Shown here: piece by piece, positions 1-8,888 of the stretch
Numbering within the stretch: position 1 is the stretch's first letter
Layout: each line of letters starts with the position of its first letter
Assembly: GCA_017624715.1 (NCBI GenBank)
Contig: JAGAMN010000009.1
Coordinates: 23,182 to 87,181, forward strand
From: Oscillospiraceae bacterium
GTDB lineage: Bacteria; Bacillota; Clostridia; Oscillospirales; Oscillospiraceae
Direction: 5' to 3'
DNA: 64,000 bases
Made by a program: the position numbers and the translations under genes
Notes under the pieces: model-generated
Database searches by the model: none
What the model was told of the DNA's origin: nothing
The model's input: only the letters and a program-made list of their open reading frames with translations

Positions 1-28
1 TGGTTTTCTTTTTGGTAAAGTTGAAACT

Positions 29-150
29 GGGGAATCGAACCGAACTAGATGCAGATGTCCGGTGGACATCTGCAACCACCAGTTCGCAAACTGGTGGCGA
101 CCTTAATTTGCTCCAAGGGAGCAAATGCAAATCGATTCCCCTCGGCTAGA
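29..150 (+). repeat. Structured multi-hairpin element, copy 1, with tRNA-T-arm-like ends
   Basis: Outer IR ggggaatcga (29-38)/tcgattcccc (132-141) encloses three hairpins (51-73, 76-97, 106-126). Positions 45-73 are identical to the reverse complement of 11071-11099. Confidence 0.8.
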
Positions 151-164
151 CAAAAGCGGCTTCG

Positions 165-1262
165 TTATTTGTTGTTCCAAAGCTTTTGGGCCAGGGTCAC
201 CGCACCGGTGACGGGTTCGGATTCCAAAACGGACAACCGGATACGCTCAGGTGTCTGCATAGCATCACGAAGGAGTTGCGGCACAATCGTTTGATTTGTA
301 AGACCACCGGCGATCACCACCTTTATGCAACCATCAGGAAATCGTTTGGCAGCGGTTGCAATAAGCTGGGCTGCTGCCTTTATATTGCGATCAATGATCG
401 CAATGGCAGCAATATCGTCCTGCTGAGCAGCATCAAAAACAATAGGTGCGAGAGAAGCGATCCATTTTTTGCCACCACGGTAGACCTGACGCAGCAATGC
501 GGCGTTATCATCATCAAACAGCTTGCCGATGGATTGTGTCATTATGGAGGCTGTTTCCATGCCATCGGCCCAGGAATAGTAGGCTTTCAGAGCATCCTGT
601 CCGATGTTAAAAGCGCTGCCTCCACCATCGATCAGATATCCCCTGCCGCCTGTTTGAAAGGTCTTCCCTGCGCATCTTGACCAAACGCAGATGCCGGTGC
701 CCAGGATCACGGAAATACCGTCGCCGTCGCCCAGGGCAGCCTGCATGAAATTCGTAGTGTCGCTATCGCAGTCAAACATCCGAATGGGTAATGATTGGAA
801 GAAAGTATGTAGCTGGTCTTTTACGGCTGAGCAGCCGGCGATTCCTGCAAAAACAACCACATTGGACAAAGAAATACCTTCGCAGATCGAGCAAATACCT
901 TCGCGAAGTACCTGGGTGCATTTTTCGATACCGATGTCCATGGGGTTGGAAGCATCCGCATAGTGTTTGCGAAGTGGGTTGCCTTCACCGTCAGTTAAGA
1001 GCAAGGTAGTTTTTGTTCCGCCGCCGTCTATGCCAAGAAAATAGACTTGACTATCGTCGGCGAACAGAGCATCCACACTGACGCACAGGGCTTGTGACAA
1101 GGCGAATAACCCCGTAACATCCGGTATTCCGGAGGCACACTCCCATTTGCTGACAGACTTTTCCGAATAACCGATTGCCCTACCCAATTCTGCCTGGGTC
1201 ATGCCGGCGGCTTTGCGCAACCTGCGCAGATTGGCAGCAAATGCTGCTTCATAATTCGTCAT
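165..1262 (-). CDS. XRE-family HTH fused to BadF/BadG/BcrA/BcrD-type sugar kinase (GlcNAc/MurNAc kinase-like)
   Basis: N-terminal LRRLRKAAGMTQAELG..SVSKWECASGIPD HTH; then GIDGGGTKT, ILGTG, GGRGYLI and AGGL ASKHA motifs; overlaps the murQ stop. Confidence 0.85.
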   Translation of the reverse strand: MTNYEAAFAANLRRLRKAAGMTQAELGRAIGYSEKSVSKWECASGIPDVTGLFALSQALCVSVDALFADDSQVYFLGIDGGGTKTTLLLTDGEGNPLRKHYADASNPMDIGIEKCTQVLREGICSICEGISLSNVVVFAGIAGCSAVKDQLHTFFQSLPIRMFDCDSDTTNFMQAALGDGDGISVILGTGICVWSRCAGKTFQTGGRGYLIDGGGSAFNIGQDALKAYYSWADGMETASIMTQSIGKLFDDDNAALLRQVYRGGKKWIASLAPIVFDAAQQDDIAAIAIIDRNIKAAAQLIATAAKRFPDGCIKVVIAGGLTNQTIVPQLLRDAMQTPERIRLSVLESEPVTGAVTLAQKLWNNK

Positions 1263-2076
1263 GGACTTCCCTGCTTTCTACGGTCTGGCGGATGTTCCAG
1301 TTGTTTTCCTCCAGAGATGCAATTGCTTCATCCTCGCTGCAATGCAGAATCTCGCAAACAATATTGATCACCCGCTGCCGCAGCTTGGCATTAGATGGTT
1401 TTAAGTTGATCATCATGTTTTCGTAAACCATGCCCAGGCGGATCATAACACAGGTAGAAAGCATGTTTGTGACCATCTTTTGGGCAGTACCGGCTTTCAT
1501 TCGAGTAGAACCGGTGACCACTTCCGGGCCGGTTTCGGTGACGATAGAAATGTCGGCAATCGTATCGGTCAGGCTGCCGTGATTACATGTTAGGCCAATC
1601 GTGACGCTTCCAATTGACTTTGCAAAGCGCAGAGCCTCAGCTACGTAAGCGGCATTGCCGGCAGCGGAAATTCCGACAATCACATCATTCGCTGTGATGT
1701 TATGCTCTTTCAGATCCCGAATTCCGGCATCTGCGCCATCCTCTGCGTTCTCGGAGGCACGGAACATACATTCTTTACCGCCGGCCATGATACCCATAAC
1801 GGTTTCCGGAGAAACACCATAGGTAGGCGGACATTCGGCAGCATCTAAAACACCCAGGCGACCGGAACTGCCGGCACCTATGTAAATCAGTCGGCCGCCC
1901 TTTCGCATCTGAGCTTCAATGGCATCGCAGGCCTTTGTAATTTGCGGAAGGGCCTTACCTACGGCCTGTGCGGCATATATGTTTTCGATCTGGATAAACT
2001 CTAAAATTTCGTTGGTGGAGCATTTGTCAATATGCATGGTGTTGGGATTGCGTTGTTCGGTTTGCAGCATAAACAT
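1249..2076 (-). CDS. murQ: N-acetylmuramic acid 6-phosphate etherase
   Basis: TEQRNP, GAGSSGRLGVLDAAECPPTYG, GPEVVTGSTRMKAGTAQK; RBS aggagg. Confidence 0.95.
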   Translation of the reverse strand: MFMLQTEQRNPNTMHIDKCSTNEILEFIQIENIYAAQAVGKALPQITKACDAIEAQMRKGGRLIYIGAGSSGRLGVLDAAECPPTYGVSPETVMGIMAGGKECMFRASENAEDGADAGIRDLKEHNITANDVIVGISAAGNAAYVAEALRFAKSIGSVTIGLTCNHGSLTDTIADISIVTETGPEVVTGSTRMKAGTAQKMVTNMLSTCVMIRLGMVYENMMINLKPSNAKLRQRVINIVCEILHCSEDEAIASLEENNWNIRQTVESREVHDEL

Positions 2077-2224
2077 GCCTCCTTTTCTTGTTTAAGAATA
2101 TCCCGTCGAAACTCTCCTGTCAACCGCTATTTCGTTGCATATAAGCAAAAACTCTCCAAGCAGGAGAGTTTTGTTGTATTAAGATAGAATATAAAGAACT
2201 TCCGGTTTTACCGGTGGTTCATTA

Positions 2225-2992
2225 TTATTCTCTTAGCCAATGAATCGTCTGACGAAGACCGGCTATGGTCTTTACTTCCAGCACAGCGGTGCGGTTTTCT
2301 GCCATGGCAAGGTACTTAGGAAGATCAATGTTTCCTGTGCCAAAGGGCATGTGGTCGTTCTTTCCGTCGGTTACATCGTGCAGGTGCATATGCAGCAGGC
2401 GATCGGAATGGGAAAGAATCCAGGGTTCATCAACATTACCTGCGCAGCAGTTATGACCGATGTCCAAAGTAAGGCCAAAGGCAGGACTTTGTAACAGAAT
2501 TTCCAGCGCCTTTTTCTGGAATGGCAGATAACCGGAGGTATTTTCAACGCAGATACGGATGGGTGCATCACCGATAAACTGGGTGCACAAATCACGGAAG
2601 TCTGTGATTTCCTCCAAATACTGGGCTTCATATGCCTCGTAGAAATACACCTTACGGTCCGGCATTGTATATTTAGCACCGGTGCAAAGGTGCATATTCA
2701 GAACCGGTGCGCCAACATTTTGGGCAAAAGCAATAGCCTCCCGCACAGCATCACGATAGCCCTGGGATACATGGGGATTAAAATCCGCAACATAGAGCTC
2801 ATCGTTTAAGTGGATGGTATAAAAGATGCCGGCTTCCTGGGCCTGTTTTTTAAGCTCTGCAGGATCGAGCAGGTGAAGCTGCTGATTCGGAAAATTGGTG
2901 TTCAGTTCCAAAAAAGACAGGCCCAATTCCTTACACAAGGCCACGGATTCCGCAACGGTATTCAGTTCGATCATAGACGGCATACCAAACAT
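2225..2992 (-). CDS. Sugar phosphate isomerase/epimerase family TIM-barrel protein
   Basis: CVENT, LTLDIGH, HMHLHD, NDH and VLEVK metal motifs; start moved to ATG 2992 behind RBS aaagggga. Confidence 0.8.
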   Translation of the reverse strand: MFGMPSMIELNTVAESVALCKELGLSFLELNTNFPNQQLHLLDPAELKKQAQEAGIFYTIHLNDELYVADFNPHVSQGYRDAVREAIAFAQNVGAPVLNMHLCTGAKYTMPDRKVYFYEAYEAQYLEEITDFRDLCTQFIGDAPIRICVENTSGYLPFQKKALEILLQSPAFGLTLDIGHNCCAGNVDEPWILSHSDRLLHMHLHDVTDGKNDHMPFGTGNIDLPKYLAMAENRTAVLEVKTIAGLRQTIHWLRE

Positions 2993-3101
2993 ATCGATCT
3001 CCCCTTTCATTTTACCAATCATAGCACAGCAAACTGCAATGTTCAAGTTGAAATATCTCGGGATTTTGCTATAATAGAGAAAATGTCTTGGGAGGGATAC
3101 T

Positions 3102-3941
3102 GTGAAGCGGTTTAAGAAAGTATATCTGGAAATCTCTAATGTCTGCAACCTGCGGTGCAGTTTCTGTCCCGGCACCAAGCGGAAGCCAATGGTGATGCAG
3201 GAAGCTGAATTTAAAGTGATCCTGCAGAAACTCCAGCCCTGGACGGATTATCTGTACTTCCACCTAATGGGAGAGCCGCTGTGTCATCCTCATTTGGCTG
3301 AATATTTGCAATTAGCCTATGAAGCCGGGTTTAAGGTCATTATTACCACCAACGGCAGTTTGCTTAGGAAATGTGGTGATGTGCTGATCGATAATCATGT
3401 ACACAAGGTCAATGTTTCTATGCATGCATTTGAAGCCAACGACCTTTCCGTTCCTTTCTCCAAGTATTTGGAGGATTGCTTAGAATTCGGCAATAAGGCC
3501 GAAGGAAAGATGATCATTTGCTATCGGCTATGGAATGGTGGCGGTGCGGACCAGCTGAATCCTGAGATTTTGGATGCGATGCATAAGGCATTTCCCGGGG
3601 AATGGGTAACAGAACCGAGAGGTATCCGCATTGGACATAGAGTGTACTTAGAGCATGGCGATAAATTTGATTGGCCGGATCTTTCAGGCGATGATCAAGG
3701 ACAGGATGTATTTTGCTATGGCTTACGGGATCAAATCGGCGTTCTGTGCGACGGTACGGTTGTCCCCTGCTGTTTGGATCACGAAGGTGATATCGCGCTG
3801 GGGAATCTACTGCAACAGGACATGGAGCAGATTCTGTCAGCTGTGCGGGCACAGGCACTCTACAACGGCTTTTCCTGTGGTAAGGCTACCGAGGAGCTAT
3901 GCCGCAAATGCGGTTACGCACGGCGGTTTCAAGGCCGCTGA
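3102..3941 (+). CDS. Radical SAM protein with SPASM/twitch domain
   Basis: CNLRCSFC, MGEP, ITTNG; C-terminal CYG..DGTVVPCCLD..GN..CRKC. Confidence 0.9.
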   Translation: MKRFKKVYLEISNVCNLRCSFCPGTKRKPMVMQEAEFKVILQKLQPWTDYLYFHLMGEPLCHPHLAEYLQLAYEAGFKVIITTNGSLLRKCGDVLIDNHVHKVNVSMHAFEANDLSVPFSKYLEDCLEFGNKAEGKMIICYRLWNGGGADQLNPEILDAMHKAFPGEWVTEPRGIRIGHRVYLEHGDKFDWPDLSGDDQGQDVFCYGLRDQIGVLCDGTVVPCCLDHEGDIALGNLLQQDMEQILSAVRAQALYNGFSCGKATEELCRKCGYARRFQGR

Positions 3942-4045
3942 GGGTCAGGCGATTTTTGTCGAAAAAACAAAGCCGGAAACGATTGCGAAATTTTGAATAT
4001 TATGATATTCTTCCTTATGAAATTTATCATCACGGGAGGAAGAAG

Positions 4046-4759
4046 ATGCTAAGGATCGTCATTGCTATAGCCTCGGACGATTTCGGTCATATGCTGGAAA
4101 ATCAGCTGAACTCCGAGCATTCCGTTGTACGCTGTTTCGACGGCAATACCGCCCTGGACCTACTTCTGCACCTTCGACCGGATGTGTTGCTGATGGATCT
4201 TTCCCTGCCGCAACGGGACGGATTGTCTGTTTTGGAACGATGCCAGGATCAATTGCCTGAGCTGGTCATCGGTGTCACTTCCGTAACCAGTGATGATGTT
4301 TGCCGACGGGCAGAAACGCTTGGCATTACAAAGCTTTTCCTTTTGCCGGTGGATTCTGATATATTTCTGTCACAGCTGGATGTAATGCTGAGCAAGACAA
4401 CACCGGGCGCACTTACCGAAGATAAGCTGCGCCGGATGATCATTCATCAGCTGAATAAGTTAAGCTTTAAGACCAATTTGATTGGTTATCAGCAAATATT
4501 GGTAGGCATACCACTGGTAATGCAAGACATCAGCATACCCATGTGCAAAGAGCTGTATCCCCAGATTGCAAGGATACTGAATCTTGCCAGCAGCCGGCCA
4601 ATTGAGCATACCATTCGCACCGCCATACAGGATGCATGGGAAAATGGTGACAAGGATCTGTGGCAACGCTACTTCCCTGCTCAGGCCAACCGTGAAAAGC
4701 CGTTTCCCAGCAATAAACAGTTCTTTACCGCCATGGCAAATATCCTTTCCTTACACTAG
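4046..4759 (+). CDS. Spo0A-like response regulator (receiver + Spo0A C-terminal DNA-binding domain), paralog
   Basis: PDVLLMDLSLPQRDG receiver; KELYPQIA..IEHTIRTAIQDAW..PSNKQFF resembles Spo0A_C; RBS gggagga. Confidence 0.8.
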   Translation: MLRIVIAIASDDFGHMLENQLNSEHSVVRCFDGNTALDLLLHLRPDVLLMDLSLPQRDGLSVLERCQDQLPELVIGVTSVTSDDVCRRAETLGITKLFLLPVDSDIFLSQLDVMLSKTTPGALTEDKLRRMIIHQLNKLSFKTNLIGYQQILVGIPLVMQDISIPMCKELYPQIARILNLASSRPIEHTIRTAIQDAWENGDKDLWQRYFPAQANREKPFPSNKQFFTAMANILSLH

Positions 4760-4786
4760 ACTACAGATTAAAAATGCAGGTACATC

Positions 4787-6307
4787 ATGATTGAAAAAGA
4801 GAAATTGGTTTCCATGGTAATCCGTGCCCAAAAGGGCGACAATGACGGAGCTACAGCTTTATATGATACCTTTTATCAAGACATCTATTACTATATTCTA
4901 AAAACCGTATCCGATCCGGAGCTGGCTGCCGATCTGACACAGGATACCTTTATGGAGATCCTGCAGACCATTGGTCAGCTGAACGAACCGGCCGCATTTG
5001 TGACCTGGAGTCGACAGATCGCTTATCATCGGTGTACGGCACATTTTCGCAAGCGCAAGGAATTGCTGGCGGACGAGGATGAAGATGGGTACAGCGTATT
5101 TGATACGATTGAAGAAGATCGGACGGAGTTCATTCCCGATGCGGCGCTGGATCAGGCGGATCTGAAGGCAACGATCCATCGAATGATCGATTCCTTACCG
5201 GAAGAGCAGCGCTCTGCCCTACTGATGCGGTATTTTGAAGAACTGTCGGTCAGCCAGATCGCTACCATTCAAGGCGTATCGGAAGGTACGGTCAAGAGTC
5301 GTTTGAATTACGGCAGAAAAGCCATCGGCAAGGCAGTTGAGGATTACGAGAAGAAGAACGGTGTCAAGCTGCACTGCGCAGGCGTTGTACCGCTGCTGCT
5401 TTGGCTGTTTACAAGCGGAAGCAATGGCAGTGCAGCAGGAACTGCTGCTGCAGGCGCTACCGCAGGTTCTGCGGCGGTTGGTGCAGGCATCACCACTAAG
5501 ATCATTGCCGGAATCACGGCAGCCGTGGTTGCTCTTGGCGGCATCACAGCGGCCGTATTGCTGACACAGCCGGAACCGGAATCCTATGTTCAGGAAGATC
5601 CCATGCAGTGGTACGGCTATGGTGAATCCATCGGTTTTAATCATATCAAGCGGTTTGATCTGTCTATAGATCAGATGGATGACAGCACCATATCCGGCCA
5701 TTTGGAAGTCTCATTGCTCTACGAAGAATATCATGACACGAATTTTGCCGGTACAGGCACGGTAAATGATGACGGGACAATACAGTACACCCTTCAGTTT
5801 GAAACACCGGTTTCCTTTGGCATGTCGTCCCATCAATACTGGGATACAGAACTGATCTACGACCCAGTGACAGAAAACCTAACATTCGCAGATATCTACA
5901 AAGTCACAATGGTTCGACACAGAGTGAATCCTCAAATACAGATTCTTTCCCAGAACGAACGGTGGTCCGGTGAAGGCTTGTGCGACTTCTGCTTCCGACA
6001 GGATGCTCAACACGAATTTGTTTTACAGATCACGAAAATGACCGACACGGCTATTTCCGGCGAACTGATTGTGCTCCGAGACGGAGAAGTGGAGCATACC
6101 TCAACATTTACCGGTCGGGGTTATCTCACAGACGCAGGCGCAAGTTATGAAGTCCAGCTGGATACTCCGAGAACGGATACCGCATGGATGTCCAAGCGTA
6201 CAGTTCAGTTCTTCTGGATGCATTTTGATCAAGAAGCAGATACTCTCACCATTGATGACATAACCTACACCGCTACCTGCGCGCGGGAAAAATTTTGGAA
6301 TCCGTAA
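4787..6307 (+). CDS. ECF sigma-70 factor with C-terminal transmembrane helix and extracellular extension
   Basis: Sigma2 DLTQDTF; sigma4 LPEEQRSALLMRYFEELSVSQIA..GTVKSRLNYGRK; TM IIAGITAAVVALGGITAAVLL; about 245 aa C-terminal domain. Confidence 0.9.
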   Translation: MIEKEKLVSMVIRAQKGDNDGATALYDTFYQDIYYYILKTVSDPELAADLTQDTFMEILQTIGQLNEPAAFVTWSRQIAYHRCTAHFRKRKELLADEDEDGYSVFDTIEEDRTEFIPDAALDQADLKATIHRMIDSLPEEQRSALLMRYFEELSVSQIATIQGVSEGTVKSRLNYGRKAIGKAVEDYEKKNGVKLHCAGVVPLLLWLFTSGSNGSAAGTAAAGATAGSAAVGAGITTKIIAGITAAVVALGGITAAVLLTQPEPESYVQEDPMQWYGYGESIGFNHIKRFDLSIDQMDDSTISGHLEVSLLYEEYHDTNFAGTGTVNDDGTIQYTLQFETPVSFGMSSHQYWDTELIYDPVTENLTFADIYKVTMVRHRVNPQIQILSQNERWSGEGLCDFCFRQDAQHEFVLQITKMTDTAISGELIVLRDGEVEHTSTFTGRGYLTDAGASYEVQLDTPRTDTAWMSKRTVQFFWMHFDQEADTLTIDDITYTATCAREKFWNP

Positions 6308-6346
6308 AACCGAATGACAAGTTCATCCCCCTTATCAACAGAAAGG
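6305..6346 (+). promoter_or_regulatory. Bipartite motif TAAAACCG-N15-CCCCTTATCAnCAGAAAGG, copy 1 (candidate ECF promoter)
   Basis: Repeated with identical spacing at 6478-6519. Confidence 0.5.
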
Positions 6347-6365
6347 CTGATAAGGGGGTATTCTT
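6327..6365 (+). terminator. Hairpin after the ECF sigma gene
   Basis: cccccttatca/tgataaggggg inverted repeat followed by T-rich sequence. Confidence 0.55.
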
Positions 6366-6477
6366 TTGGATCACTACAATCTTTACTATCTGTTTCTGGA
6401 GGATAAGCAAAGGCATCCAATGCCGGACGATAAGTTTTTGGAAATTCGAAATAATCTTGAAAAATTTTTGAAAAATA

Positions 6478-6519
6478 TAAAACCGCCGTAATTTTGAAAA
6501 CCCCTTATCACCAGAAAGG
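6478..6519 (+). promoter_or_regulatory. Bipartite motif copy 2, upstream of the lipoprotein gene (candidate ECF promoter)
   Basis: taaaaccg-ccgtaattttgaaaa-ccccttatcaccagaaagg, ending 38 bp before the ATG at 6557. Confidence 0.55.
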
Positions 6520-6556
6520 GCGAAGCGCCCAGTAAAATCAAAGGAGAATAAATATT

Positions 6557-7420
6557 ATGAAAAAGTACATTGCACTGATCCTGACCCTGGTTATGGCCCT
6601 AAGCCTGTGCGCATGCGGAAACACAAACGACGAGAAAACCAATGAACCCGAAAGCAATCCTACGATCGAAGAATCCATTCCCACCGAACCTTCCATTCCC
6701 AATCTGGAAATGTTTGTGGGTGCTTGGTCGGCTCTGAAGTACAACAGCGTTGTTCCTAACGATAGTTTTTCCATCAACGCTGACGGTACCATGAAGTATC
6801 ACGGTAAGGAATATACCTGGACTGCTGAGAAGCTGCCCGAATCTTCTATCAATGAAATGGAAATTACCGCTGCAGACGCAGAAGGCAATAATGCCTACAC
6901 CATTCGTCTGAAGAGAACGCCTGATGACACTTATGTCGCCAACTTTAGAAAATACGGCAATGTGATGGGTTCCGGCACAGATTACTACCGGGATGCTGAT
7001 TACACGGTAGTGGAACTGACTGAGGACAATGTGCTGGATTATGTTGAAACTGAAGTGAAGTTCGTTTTTGATACAAACAGTGACGGATTCACGAAAACAG
7101 TCGAGCACAAGCTGTATATCCGATTCAAGGAAGGCGTCGGTTATCTATCAGTAGGCAATGTAAACTTCGTTACAAAAGCCACATATCAGGATGTTCATTT
7201 TGAAGCAAAGCCCGGCAACTACACGCTGGGTGAAGTGAAGTCGATCAGCGACAACGGTAGTTTGAACCGGGTTTGGCTGACCGGTGGCTCTGAAAGCTAC
7301 TGCTACACCACCACCTGGTGGGTATCCAAGCCCGGTGAGGCATTCAAGGTTGCCTTTACTTTCAACGAACTGACCGGTGTTGAATGGTGCGACGGCAGAG
7401 TCTTCCTGCTGAACAAGTAA
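6557..7420 (+). CDS. Hypothetical lipoprotein
   Basis: MKKYIALILTLVMALSLCAC lipobox; T/E/P-rich linker; RBS aaggaga. Confidence 0.85.
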   Translation: MKKYIALILTLVMALSLCACGNTNDEKTNEPESNPTIEESIPTEPSIPNLEMFVGAWSALKYNSVVPNDSFSINADGTMKYHGKEYTWTAEKLPESSINEMEITAADAEGNNAYTIRLKRTPDDTYVANFRKYGNVMGSGTDYYRDADYTVVELTEDNVLDYVETEVKFVFDTNSDGFTKTVEHKLYIRFKEGVGYLSVGNVNFVTKATYQDVHFEAKPGNYTLGEVKSISDNGSLNRVWLTGGSESYCYTTTWWVSKPGEAFKVAFTFNELTGVEWCDGRVFLLNK

Positions 7421-7427
7421 GAAATTA

Positions 7428-7473
7428 GAAATAACAAATCCCGTGATCAATCGATCACGGGATTTGTTATTTC
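7428..7473. terminator. Bidirectional terminator
   Basis: 21-bp perfect IR gaaataacaaatcccgtgatc between convergent genes. Confidence 0.85.
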
Positions 7474-7494
7474 CTAAATCGTCTTGCTCGGGCA

Positions 7495-8055
7495 CTAGCG
7501 ATGCAGTGATTTACGAAGGATCGGAGAAATTAACAATGCTACAGAACCTCCGATAAATGCAGTAATCAACTGAGGCCAGGCAAACATTGTCGGCAGTAGT
7601 TTTAACATAGGTGGGGCAAGTACCACGACTGTACCAATCTTTTGGCCCAGTAAAGCATCGGCCATACTGCCGCAAATGACCTCTACGACAAGCAGATAAA
7701 GAATGCCAAATTTGACAGCGGATGCTGCTCCCAGAGCCAAAAATCTCCGCCAGACGGAGGTATGCTGCTTGCCAATAACAAGCTTGAGTAATGTTACAAA
7801 GCAAACATTACCTATCATGATGGGCAGCACTGTGACAAAATTAGGAGCAATATTGAATAGAAAGGCAAAAACAGGGCTGACGAGTGACACAACCACACCG
7901 CTGCTTAATCCAACAACCAATACCGAAATCGCCAAAACGGCATTTACACAAGAACCGGTGACAAGCTGGCCAAGTGGTTTTGTTACGGCTTGTAATGCGA
8001 TAAGCGCAGCCAACATAACACCAGTTTCCGCAATCCAACGAATTTTTTTGTTCAT
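7495..8055 (-). CDS. ECF (energy-coupling factor) transporter S component
   Basis: 186 aa hydrophobic protein; QLVTGSCVNAVL and WPQLITA motifs; sigmaA-like TTGATT..TATAAT upstream. Confidence 0.8.
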   Translation of the reverse strand: MNKKIRWIAETGVMLAALIALQAVTKPLGQLVTGSCVNAVLAISVLVVGLSSGVVVSLVSPVFAFLFNIAPNFVTVLPIMIGNVCFVTLLKLVIGKQHTSVWRRFLALGAASAVKFGILYLLVVEVICGSMADALLGQKIGTVVVLAPPMLKLLPTMFAWPQLITAFIGGSVALLISPILRKSLHR

Positions 8056-8184
8056 TTTTTCTCTTCCCTTAAAGATTAATTACATCAAATCATGCTGTGT
8101 TTGCATTATACCACTGTACCAATATGACAATCAAGAGATTTTTCCTAAATAAGGTTATTTCCTTTTACTCATCTTAGTGCAGAA

Positions 8185-8215
8185 AAGAAGAGATATCCGA
8201 TGGATATCTCTTCTT
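8185..8215 (-). terminator. Terminator after eda
   Basis: aagaagagatatcc/ggatatctcttctt IR. Confidence 0.75.
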
Positions 8216-8249
8216 AATCAACAAGTCACGTAGCGCAGGATTTTCAATC

Positions 8250-8876
8250 TTATCCCAAGACTGCAGCTCTTGCTTCGATGCAAAGCTGGGTGATCTTTTC
8301 GAAATTACCCGCAGCAATCTCGGCCTTGGGACAAACCCAGCTGCCGCCGACAGCATGAATAAAGGGTGCATCCCAGTATTCCTTGATATTAGCGGTATTC
8401 ACGCCGCCGGTGGGCAGGAACTTGAGACCGACAAAGGGAGCCGCCAGGTTTTTCATGGCATTTAAACCGCCGTAGACATTGGCGGGGAAGAATTTTACCA
8501 TGGTCAATCCGTGGCTCAGCGCGGCCATGATCTCGGTGGGAGTGACGCAGCCGGGAGCAACAGGGATATTGTTTTCCACGCACCAGCGAACCACTTCCTC
8601 GCTATAGCCAGGAGAGACGATAAACTTTGCACCCATCTGAACAGCCAGCTTTGCCTGCTCCACATTGATGATGGTACCTGCGCCTACCAGGACATGGGGG
8701 CAGTTATCCGCTACTGCCCGAATGGCTTCAGGAGCACAGGCGGTGCGGAAAGTGATTTCCATAGTATCCACCCCGCCGGCAGCCATGGCATTTGCGGTGG
8801 GAATGGCATCCTCTACCCGATCAAGCACCACAACAGGCACGACAACGGAGTTGCGAAGTCTTTCAAGAACAGTCAT
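8250..8876 (-). CDS. eda: KDPG/KHG aldolase
   Basis: EITFRT, VGAGT, FIVSPG, VKFFPA, PTGGV. Confidence 0.95.
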   Translation of the reverse strand: MTVLERLRNSVVVPVVVLDRVEDAIPTANAMAAGGVDTMEITFRTACAPEAIRAVADNCPHVLVGAGTIINVEQAKLAVQMGAKFIVSPGYSEEVVRWCVENNIPVAPGCVTPTEIMAALSHGLTMVKFFPANVYGGLNAMKNLAAPFVGLKFLPTGGVNTANIKEYWDAPFIHAVGGSWVCPKAEIAAGNFEKITQLCIEARAAVLG

Positions 8877-8888
8877 GGTTACCCTCCC

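Noticed and set aside
49-294. 81-aa ORF
   Set aside because: Begins inside the repeat element and runs antisense to the kinase gene.
3102-3941. Radical SAM/SPASM protein as a RiPP maturase
   Set aside because: No precursor peptide, peptidase or exporter nearby; short stand-alone type.
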